Shown here piece by piece: positions 1-6,451 of a DNA stretch of 64,000 nt. Under the pieces are notes generated by a model. That model worked only from the letters and a program-made list of their open reading frames with translations, was not told the DNA's origin and searched no databases. Origin of the DNA: Oscillospiraceae bacterium (GTDB taxonomy: Bacteria; Bacillota; Clostridia; Oscillospirales; CAG-272). Each line of letters begins with the position of its first letter. Position 1 is the first letter of the stretch. Made by a program: the position numbers and the translations under genes. The DNA lies in assembly GCA_015064185.1 (NCBI GenBank), contig SVSS01000007.1, positions 1,444-65,443 of the forward strand, in the 5' to 3' direction.

Positions 1-249
1 TTTGATGAGTACGAGGTCGAGTATTGTATTCTATTTGGCTCCTACGCAAAAGGCGTCGCCACGGAGAAAAGCGATGTCGACCTCCTTATCTCTAGCAAGG
101 TTACAGGGCTCAGATTTTTTGGGTTGGCTGAAAGATTAAGAACATCACTTCGTAAAAAGGTTGACTTGATCGAAGTACATCTCGTTGACACCCAGTCGGA
201 GCTGTATGCAGGTATTATTGCAGAGGGTATAAAAATATATGGCATTTAA
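1..249 (+). CDS. minimal nucleotidyltransferase (MNT / Pol-beta superfamily) protein, N-terminus cut by window edge
   Basis: Own frame-1 translation ...CILFGSYAKGVATEKSDVDLLISSKV...IKIYGI* carries the GS-x10-DxD nucleotidyltransferase signature. TAA at 247-249. Missing from the ORF track because it has no in-window start. Confidence 0.75.
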   Translation, partial: FDEYEVEYCILFGSYAKGVATEKSDVDLLISSKVTGLRFFGLAERLRTSLRKKVDLIEVHLVDTQSELYAGIIAEGIKIYGI

Positions 250-460
250 GAATTTGTTTCGCCGCGCAATTGTTGTAAAACGGGAAATAATGTGATATAA
301 TTGTGCAAAGACGAGGTGTTTGATCTTCGATTAATGTTGAAGGTCTAAAACAGTGTGGTCAATAATGACTGGTTTGCCCAACGCACCTGAAGATGTAATT
401 GTTGTGAATTATGATGTTAGTTGATCGTATGATAATGTTACTGGAATAGGGGGATTATAA

Positions 461-1324
461 ATGGCTGGTATACAAAAAGAAATACCTTTAGTAGCGCGAA
501 ATCTTCGAATTTTGCGCGAATTTCATGGCGAACAGCAAAAAGACTTAAAAGATCTCTATGGTTGTGCCAGCGAAAGCAGTATCTCAATGTATGAAAAAGG
601 GCAGCGTGGTGTACCTCCCGAGTGTTTGCAGGCATTGGCAAATCATTATGGCGTGACCGTCCAAGTGCTCAATGATGTCGAACTGACCTCAGAAATGCTG
701 TCGAGATTGCAAGCAACTGTGGACTGGCGTGAAATGCAGAAAGTGCACAAGATGATTTTTCCTCGATTTATATCTCCTAAAGCTCGAGAGAATGCGGATT
801 TTCAGAGGGGGGAGGATTACTATATGCGTATTATGAGTTCTCCTGCTCCCATGGCCAGCATGGCAGAAAAATGCAAACTGTCGTATTACCAAGCATTTAA
901 AACAGCAAAACTATTCTCTGCCGCAGCAAACACGATGATGGCAACAATTCTCGAATTTATTATTCTCGGTATGGATGCCAGTGTGTTTCGAGAATTAAAT
1001 GATGATTGCCTAAGAAACAACTATTTCCTCAAATTGGATGAAAAAATGGCCAAGAAATTGAGTGACAAAGAGTCTGCTTTTTGGGACGATAACTATGAAA
1101 TGTTTTATGAATGTGCAAAACATTTACGGACAAATGTAAAGCATGCGGAAGCAGCAGATTATTATATTGCGTTAAAATGTTTTAGATCCTCATTGATTGA
1201 ACTCGATGCGAAAACAAAACAGATCTTTGGAGTGGCACTTATGTCGGAATTGGCTTCTATTGAAAATCAATATGCGACCCGTTTTATGGAGTGGTACTTA
1301 GAGGACGAAAATGAGGAACAATAA
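461..1324 (+). CDS. XRE-family helix-turn-helix regulator with ~220-aa helical C-terminal domain of unknown function
   Basis: N-terminus LRILREFHGEQQKDLKDLYGCASESSISMYEKGQRGVPPECLQALANHYGV fits the HTH_3/XRE pattern. A purine-rich RBS (AGGGGGA) lies 6 nt before the ATG. The remainder has no motif I recognise. Confidence 0.7.
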   Translation: MAGIQKEIPLVARNLRILREFHGEQQKDLKDLYGCASESSISMYEKGQRGVPPECLQALANHYGVTVQVLNDVELTSEMLSRLQATVDWREMQKVHKMIFPRFISPKARENADFQRGEDYYMRIMSSPAPMASMAEKCKLSYYQAFKTAKLFSAAANTMMATILEFIILGMDASVFRELNDDCLRNNYFLKLDEKMAKKLSDKESAFWDDNYEMFYECAKHLRTNVKHAEAADYYIALKCFRSSLIELDAKTKQIFGVALMSELASIENQYATRFMEWYLEDENEEQ

Positions 1325-1430
1325 CCACTTCACAGAAGTGTGAAAAAAAGATATGGCAACCCATGGTACAATGAAGATGTCAGCAAGAGGAAGTAATCCT
1401 CAAGCGGCAAATTCATTATAGGAGGTTGCC

Positions 1431-2519
1431 ATGAACGCAACAAGAGTCGCACAGATCACCGAGAGTCTGAAGGGGCTTGGAACCCAAGCCAATGTTCTGT
1501 ACAGCAATCAGGAAATCATTGATAAACTGATTGAATTACAGAGTGCACTGGCTAAAGGCGTATTCGAAAAAACGCACGCCGAGTTTCTTCGCGACCAAGA
1601 GGTCATGACGCATTTTGAAACGCTAGCACAAAAGTATGGGCTGGACAAGTCAGATACATACCTGCGTTTCAAAGAAAACATGAGAGAGCTGGGGTACACC
1701 ATTGGCACTTTCATCAAAGGAAAAAACGGAGAGAGAATCACAAAGAAAGCATTGAAATTGCTTTCCTATGACAAAGGAGTGAAGATCCTCTTTAATGTGT
1801 CTTTGGAAGATGAGGACAGCCAAGCAGAGTACGATGCCATCGTACTTACGCCGTACGGCCTCTTTGTTGTCGAGGTCAAGAATTGGTATGGCAATGTCAC
1901 TATCACGCCTGCGGGTGTATTAGTCCGCGATCGTATGGATCATGTGACATACGACCTCATCGGGAGAATGAACATCAAAGAAGCCTTGTTGCGCGAGTAT
2001 CTCGGTGACCTTTTTCCCAAGCAGAATTTCAATATCTTGGTGTTTGCGGACGAGCGCACCGAAGTTGTTGATCAATATCACCGCATACCGTTTTGTGTTG
2101 GCAGCGGGGTGACAAATGAAATAAGAACCTATGCAAAGATGGGCGCAATTTTGACTGAGGAACAAATCGCCCAAATCAGTGAGTGCATAATGGCGCACCA
2201 CAAAGAACAAAAAACACTGTGCACAGTGCGTTGTGATGAGATCATCGAAGATTATGCATTCTTGATGGCTCAAATCGAGGCACATGCCAGTGCTGAAGAA
2301 AATGGAGCTCAGGTAGATGTGATCGAGGACGAAATCCCCGCCTCCACCGCTTCTACTGAGCAAGAGTCAGGAATTCGTGTCGTTGCGTATCCCAAGCACA
2401 AATCTCGGTTCAGAAGATTTTTGAACAGGATTGATTGGGAAGTTGTAGGCCATGTCGCAGGCTTTGTTGCTGTCGCGATTCCCGGAGTTATCACCGCCGC
2501 TGGTGGTTACAGAAGATAA
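1431..2519 (+). CDS. NERD (nuclease-related domain) protein with C-terminal membrane anchor
   Basis: GKNGERITKKALKLL...AEYDAIVLTPYGLFVVEVKNWYGNVTI matches the NERD core. There is a hydrophobic tail VVGHVAGFVAVAIPGVITAAGGY. AGGAGG lies 5 nt before the ATG. Confidence 0.75.
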   Translation: MNATRVAQITESLKGLGTQANVLYSNQEIIDKLIELQSALAKGVFEKTHAEFLRDQEVMTHFETLAQKYGLDKSDTYLRFKENMRELGYTIGTFIKGKNGERITKKALKLLSYDKGVKILFNVSLEDEDSQAEYDAIVLTPYGLFVVEVKNWYGNVTITPAGVLVRDRMDHVTYDLIGRMNIKEALLREYLGDLFPKQNFNILVFADERTEVVDQYHRIPFCVGSGVTNEIRTYAKMGAILTEEQIAQISECIMAHHKEQKTLCTVRCDEIIEDYAFLMAQIEAHASAEENGAQVDVIEDEIPASTASTEQESGIRVVAYPKHKSRFRRFLNRIDWEVVGHVAGFVAVAIPGVITAAGGYRR

Positions 2520-2536
2520 CGGAAGGGGGTGACGAA

Positions 2537-2713
2537 ATGACGAAAGCTGAAATCAGAACCTTCATCGAGGAGATGGAAAACATCGGTGACAAATGGACCG
2601 AGGAGCAGGTCAAGCGCTGTTATGGCGATTGCACTTTAGAAGAAGCCCTGCGTGATAGACGCGGAGCACTTGGTACATTCTTTGACATCATCGGCAAGGT
2701 CATCAATCGATAA
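2537..2713 (+). CDS. hypothetical small acidic protein (58 aa)
   Basis: ATG at 2537 is preceded by GGAAGGGGG, 17 nt after the NERD stop. The ORF-track start at 2435 lies inside the NERD gene and was rejected. No recognisable motif. Confidence 0.45.
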   Translation: MTKAEIRTFIEEMENIGDKWTEEQVKRCYGDCTLEEALRDRRGALGTFFDIIGKVINR

Positions 2714-2726
2714 GGGGGGGTAAGGC

Positions 2727-3236
2727 ATGGAACGCAGAAGCATTATTCCCGAAAACTTGGACACCTTGACACGAGATCAGCTGATTGCATTATTGGCTGA
2801 AACTGAACGACGCCTCTGGGACACAATCGACAAATGCGAAGAAGCAAAACGCTTTGTCGCACAAGTCCCCCCGCCTGCTACTCAAGCAGGCGGCAGGGGA
2901 CGAAGACGGTCACACTTGCGTCTGACTCAGCACGCTCGTCAACAGCTGCTTGCCGTCAATGAGGGGTTTACCAAGACCATAAAATCGACAGGCATTGATG
3001 GCGATTATTGTGAAACCACTCATACGATAATGGCTGGACGATTGTTGGTACGGCGTGTAGGAGTTCGCCATTTTGATGAAGAACGTACAGCAGATGCCTT
3101 GGAGACTTTCTCCTTCGTAAAAACCACAATCTGCATTTATTGCAGACCGATGGTGTGGAGGAGTTTGCGCGCAAGGCACATACACAGAAAGGGGATTAAC
3201 TATGAACGATATCGTTTGGTACTGCGACGGCTGTGA
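2727..3236 (+). CDS. hypothetical protein (169 aa), basic C-terminal half
   Basis: Only open frame across this stretch. It starts 13 nt after the previous stop, behind a G7-containing purine tract, and overlaps the next gene by 35 nt. No recognisable domain. Confidence 0.4.
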   Translation: MERRSIIPENLDTLTRDQLIALLAETERRLWDTIDKCEEAKRFVAQVPPPATQAGGRGRRRSHLRLTQHARQQLLAVNEGFTKTIKSTGIDGDYCETTHTIMAGRLLVRRVGVRHFDEERTADALETFSFVKTTICIYCRPMVWRSLRARHIHRKGINYERYRLVLRRL

Positions 3237-3501
3237 CGCCGAGCTGAATAGGCAGACAGGTTTCACGACTGCAACTGGCACTTGGACTTGTGCCAAATGC
3301 GGGTATGAGAACGATGTTACCGATGACAACATTTTGAGCGAAGCGGAAGCGGAGGTCATGGCAGATCTGCAGACCGAGTGCCCGAAATGCGGAGGGCACA
3401 TGTGTATCGGCGAGGGATACTCTGGAACCGTTTATGTCTGCGAAGACTGTGGTTGCGAAGCGTGGTATAACGATTATGGCCTGCTGATTTATGAAGAATA
3501 A
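3202..3501 (+). CDS. double zinc-ribbon protein (99 aa)
   Basis: Two CxxC...CxxC pairs: CDGC...CAKC and CPKC...CEDC. RBS AAAGGGGA precedes the ATG. Confidence 0.6.
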   Translation: MNDIVWYCDGCDAELNRQTGFTTATGTWTCAKCGYENDVTDDNILSEAEAEVMADLQTECPKCGGHMCIGEGYSGTVYVCEDCGCEAWYNDYGLLIYEE

Positions 3502-3648
3502 ATCCAGCGCTGATCATCCGTTTTTGAGGTCAAAAAGTGCATCTATTAAGGCCACACTTGAAATTACAAAAATGATGATTTTTCGAGGAAAGTGACCTTC
3601 AAAAATCGCTGAAACCCTTGAAAACACTGGGTTTTCGCGTTTTGGCAA

Positions 3649-3870
3649 ATGCATCTAAATTGACCACACTAGCCAAACAGAAAAGGGAGTGCTTCGGCAC
3701 TCCCTTTTCTGTTTGCTACGGCCGCTTGGTCCTTGAACCCCTGCCGCCCGATGGAACTTCAAAATTCGCAGTTAGTGTGGAGGCGGCAGAGAAGAAGGTC
3801 GGTTTTTGCAAAGCAAAATGATGCCGTTTAGGCATCAAGAGCTTCTTCAAGCGTGGCGGCTTTGCCGCCA
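3649..3870. repeat. modular multi-hairpin intergenic repeat, copy A
   Basis: It starts with a 28-bp block (3649-3676) identical to 4971-4998. Perfect hairpins follow: a long terminator-like stem, CTGCCGCC-33nt-GGCGGCAG, TTTTGC-AAA-GCAAAA, TGATGCC..GGCATCA and GGCGGC-TTT-GCCGCC. Positions 3735-3849 match 6087-6201 at 111/115 by my count. Confidence 0.8.
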
Positions 3871-4010
3871 AAGCGGTTCAACGTCCCGTTGATTCTTGTC
3901 TTAATAGATTCATTTCTCATTTTTCGGGGCTTGATAGGGACATGAACTCCTACTCACCCATTTTGAGGGCAGGATTTTCACGATTTTCGTGAAGGTTCTG
4001 CTCCTTTTTC

Positions 4011-4039
4011 TTGAAAATCCTGAAAATGTATGGTATACT
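4011..4039 (+). promoter_or_regulatory. sigma-A type promoter (TTGAAA-17-TATACT, TG-extended -10)
   Basis: TTGAAA at 4011-4016, 17-nt spacer, TGgTATACT ending at 4039. Lies upstream of the 4168 gene. Confidence 0.55.
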
Positions 4040-4167
4040 GAAAATACCAAGCCGAATCCGCATTGCAACGTGTAGGGTGCCGCCTTTATTATAAGCGCGC
4101 CTTTAAAAGGCTTTGGAAGGTCGGCAGCTGTTTTTTTGATAAATAACGTGGGGAGGAAAGCACAACG

Positions 4168-4959
4168 ATGAAAGAAAGCAAAGCGATGGAAGATCAAAAA
4201 ATATCTATGAGTGTTTATTTTATACATCTGCTTTTTGCGGTTTACTTTATTGTTTTAACCGCAGAACGCATCCAAAGCATCGTGCGATCTGTACGGGACC
4301 CCGACGTACTTTTGCTTGGTGACGGATTTAATTGCTATACTTACCTGATCACGTTTGTATCTCTTGCGGTATCGCTGATATATCTGATCGTTTCCAACGG
4401 CAATGTATTCGTAGGCATATTTACACGCAGCGCCCGGGTGCACGGAAGCATCCAAATGGGGCGGCTTTGCATTGCGGCGGGGCTGATTCTTGTTTCGGGG
4501 ATGGTACATACCGAATACACCGTTGCTTCGATTCAGTTTGGCGCATACGGCGCACTGATCGTTGCGATGATCATGCAAACAGCACGAAAGCACAGGCAAT
4601 CCGGCAAGCAGATATTGCTTTGGCTGTCCGTTGCCTTCCTAACGGCGTTTTCCATGGCGATTCCAGTCATGTACCGATCCAATATAGCGCACGCAGGATT
4701 GTTTCACGTTTTAGAGGCAATCACTGCATTGGTGCTGGTTGCCATGTTTACGGGCATGCTCTACAAGGTGTTTTGCAAAGATGCCACCAATCTGTTTTAC
4801 ATCGTGCCGATGCTGACCGCGGTGGCATTGGATACGGTGCTGATCGTGATGCGCTCGCGGGAGGAGATCAATTGGTTCGTTTTGGTATCGTTGATCGCCA
4901 CGTGCGTGCTGTTCCTTATCGGACGCCTGTGGGACAGGGCATCATCGCGCAATCGGTGA
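4168..4959 (+). CDS. polytopic membrane protein, unknown function
   Basis: 263 aa with about 7-8 hydrophobic segments. GGGAGG lies upstream of the ATG. No family motif recognised. Confidence 0.6.
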   Translation: MKESKAMEDQKISMSVYFIHLLFAVYFIVLTAERIQSIVRSVRDPDVLLLGDGFNCYTYLITFVSLAVSLIYLIVSNGNVFVGIFTRSARVHGSIQMGRLCIAAGLILVSGMVHTEYTVASIQFGAYGALIVAMIMQTARKHRQSGKQILLWLSVAFLTAFSMAIPVMYRSNIAHAGLFHVLEAITALVLVAMFTGMLYKVFCKDATNLFYIVPMLTAVALDTVLIVMRSREEINWFVLVSLIATCVLFLIGRLWDRASSRNR

Positions 4960-4970
4960 GAAACATCAAC

Positions 4971-5271
4971 ATGCATCTAAATTGACCACACTAGCCAACA
5001 AAGAAAACAGGCACCCAATCGAGTGCCTGTTTTCTTTGTTGCAGCGCGCGGTGGTCGCGCGCGGAACCCCTGCCGCCTTACAGAACTCCAAAATTTGTAG
5101 TGAGCGACAAGGCGGCAGAGAAAAATGCCGATCTTGCCGTGGCAAGTGGCGGTGTTCAGCCGCCAAGGCATTCTTCAAGCGTCGGCACGGAGTGCCGAAA
5201 GCGGGACAAATGTTCCATCGCCCGCACCAACAAAAAACGCACTTCTGTCTACCGACAAAGGTGCGTTTTTT
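4971..5271. repeat. modular multi-hairpin intergenic repeat, copy B (diverged), ending in an orphan terminator-like hairpin
   Basis: It has the same 28-bp head (4971-4998) and the same order of hairpins as copies A and C, but several stems have a different sequence (CTTGCC-GTG-GCAAG, GGCGG..CCGCC, CGGCAC-GGA-GTGCCG). The GCGCGCGGTGGTCGCGCGCG palindrome is shared with copy C. A hairpin plus T-run lies at 5232-5271. Confidence 0.75.
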
Positions 5272-5277
5272 GAACTA

Positions 5278-5424
5278 AGTGTTCCGCAAGCGGAACGTGA
5301 AGTGTCCTTCGGCCGTGAAGTGCACTTTGTGCGTGAAGTGTGCCTTTGGCACGATAAGCGGAACACTTAACTTCACTATGCCGTAAGGCATAACTTCACT
5401 GCGGCTTGCCGCAACTTCACTTTT
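5278..5424. repeat. array of six GTGAAGT motifs, each followed by a short variable hairpin (3 direct, 3 inverted)
   Basis: GTGAAGTG at 5297, 5315 and 5333 (18-bp period). AACTTCAC at 5369, 5392 and 5413 (21-23-bp period). Interleaved mini-hairpins: GCAC-TTT-GTGC, GTGCC-TTT-GGCAC, ATGCC-GTAA-GGCAT, GCGGC-TTG-CCGC. Confidence 0.8.
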
Positions 5425-5445
5425 GATGATATACAAGGCTTCGCC

Positions 5446-5474
5446 TTGATTTTTGTCTGAAAGTGTGATACAAT
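5446..5474 (+). promoter_or_regulatory. sigma-A type promoter (TTGATT-17-TACAAT)
   Basis: TTGATT at 5446-5451, 17-nt spacer, TACAAT at 5469-5474. It sits 20 nt upstream of the AGGAGG and ATG of the 5495 gene. Confidence 0.5.
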
Positions 5475-5494
5475 GATAAAAAAGGAGGGATAAT

Positions 5495-5953
5495 ATGAAA
5501 TTCAAAGGAAGAAATGGTGGGACGGCTGTGGCTATACGAAATCATATTATGTTGTTTAGGGCGTTTCTAATTACCTTACTTATAGCACTTATCCCAACTA
5601 TAATTTTCATATGCATAAAAAATCCATATTTTTGGGTCTTTTTAATTCTTCCTCTCATGCTTTTGGCCATTTCTTATATTGTTTTTTTCTTTTCAAAACA
5701 CGATGATCGTGTGTTTTTGAGTAATCAAAAGAAGGATCATATATTTGAAATCAAGAACAACTCTCTTTTTAAGGATGGTAAGGAAATTAAACTGATTCAA
5801 TCCTTAAAAATATATCGCTACAAGAAATTTTTGTATATGGAAACATCGCACTCTATGTTCGTCATCAAAAATACAGATTTTATATCAGGCGACAAAGAAA
5901 GTTTTTTAAGTTGGGCAAAATCTTTCGATATACGGATATTATGTGGATACTAA
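5495..5953 (+). CDS. small two-TM membrane protein, YcxB-like C-terminal domain (tentative)
   Basis: AGGAGGG RBS. Very AT-rich. Two hydrophobic helices are followed by ...IKLIQSLKIYRYKKFLYMETSHSMFVIKNTDFISGDKESFLSW, reminiscent of YcxB-type domains. Confidence 0.5.
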   Translation: MKFKGRNGGTAVAIRNHIMLFRAFLITLLIALIPTIIFICIKNPYFWVFLILPLMLLAISYIVFFFSKHDDRVFLSNQKKDHIFEIKNNSLFKDGKEIKLIQSLKIYRYKKFLYMETSHSMFVIKNTDFISGDKESFLSWAKSFDIRILCGY

Positions 5954-6016
5954 TAGGATATAAGGACACCTTTTGTTCGTTTTTGCCCCTGTTCAGACAC
6001 CTTTTAGTACGTTTAA

Positions 6017-6270
6017 GGCAACAAAGAAAGCAGGCACCCAATCGGGTGCCTTCTTTTTTTATTGCCGCGCGCGGTGGTCGCGCGCGGAACCCCTGTCGCC
6101 CGATGGAACTTCAAAATTCGCAGTTAGTGTGGTGGCGGCAGAGAAGAAGGTCGGTTTTTGCAAAGCAAAATGATGCCGTTCAGGCATCAAGACCTTCTTC
6201 AGACGTGCAGGGCAAAGCCCTGCTAAGTGGGACAAGTCCTATTGCAACGCCCTGTCGCCAAAGCAGGGCA
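6017..6270. repeat. modular multi-hairpin intergenic repeat, copy C
   Basis: The terminator-like hairpin (6021-6050) is related to that of copy B. It carries the GCGCGCGGTGGTCGCGCGCG palindrome. The 115-bp core at 6087-6201 is near-identical to copy A. Then come the GCAGGGC-AAA-GCCCTGC and GCCCTG..CAGGGC hairpins. Confidence 0.8.
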
Positions 6271-6387
6271 CCCCCGAGCCTTGCAACCAAGCGATTTCTT
6301 TTGCCACCTAAACCCACTAAATATGTCAATATTTTGTAAATTTTGAAAACAAAAACAATATAATTGCATTTAATTTACATTTTATAC

Positions 6388-6416
6388 TTGTATAAATCTT
6401 TAAAATATATTATAAT
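6388..6416 (+). promoter_or_regulatory. candidate uxaBAC promoter (TTGTAT-17-TATAAT)
   Basis: TTGTAT at 6388-6393, 17-nt spacer, TATAAT at 6411-6416, in an AT-rich tract before uxaB. Confidence 0.5.
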
Positions 6417-6451
6417 GCAGGTGTAAAACTTTTTTCTTAGGAAAGGTGATC

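Noticed and set aside
1353-1421. 22-codon ORF (MATHGTMKMSARGSNPQAANSL) directly downstream of the 287-aa XRE regulator, considered as a cognate signalling peptide of an RRNPP/Rgg-like system
   Set aside because: The regulator's size and its HTH plus helical domain fit the RRNPP idea. However, the peptide has no hydrophobic or signal segment, has a poor RBS, and ends inside the NERD gene's RBS region. There is too little support.
4332-4985. 217-aa alternative-frame ORF overlapping the membrane-protein gene 4168-4959
   Set aside because: It lies on the same strand in the +2 frame. Its translation is Arg/Cys/His-rich with no hydrophobic pattern or RBS. The 4168 frame gives a coherent polytopic membrane protein.
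5278-5424. CRISPR-like reading of the GTGAAGT array and of the 135-bp repeats at 28491-28856
   Set aside because: The repeats are 8 bp with 10-14-bp palindromic 'spacers', or only two copies of 135 bp. Neither matches CRISPR geometry (24-48-bp repeats with unique spacers of similar size). No cas genes are present.
3618-6173. ORFs 3618-3821 and 5973-6173 sharing a near-identical C-terminal peptide (...PDGTSKFAVSV.AAEKKVGFCKAK). I also saw short minus-strand ORFs ending ...TLEEALDA / ...TLEECLGG / ...TSEEGLDA in the three repeat copies
   Set aside because: The similarity is nucleotide-level identity of the hairpin repeat, including perfect palindromes and terminator stems. There are no RBSs, and the frames start inside terminators. 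I cannot fully exclude that the repeat derives from the 3' end of an ancient gene, but it is not a credible present-day CDS.
3649-6270. Integron-like gene-cassette array (repeat-gene-repeat-gene-repeat)
   Set aside because: There is no intI-type integrase in the window. No GTTRRRY / RYYYAAC core sites lie at the repeat ends. Both genes carry their own promoters, and the repeats (220-300 bp of multi-hairpin DNA) are unlike attC. The cassette-like geometry is kept only as an observation.
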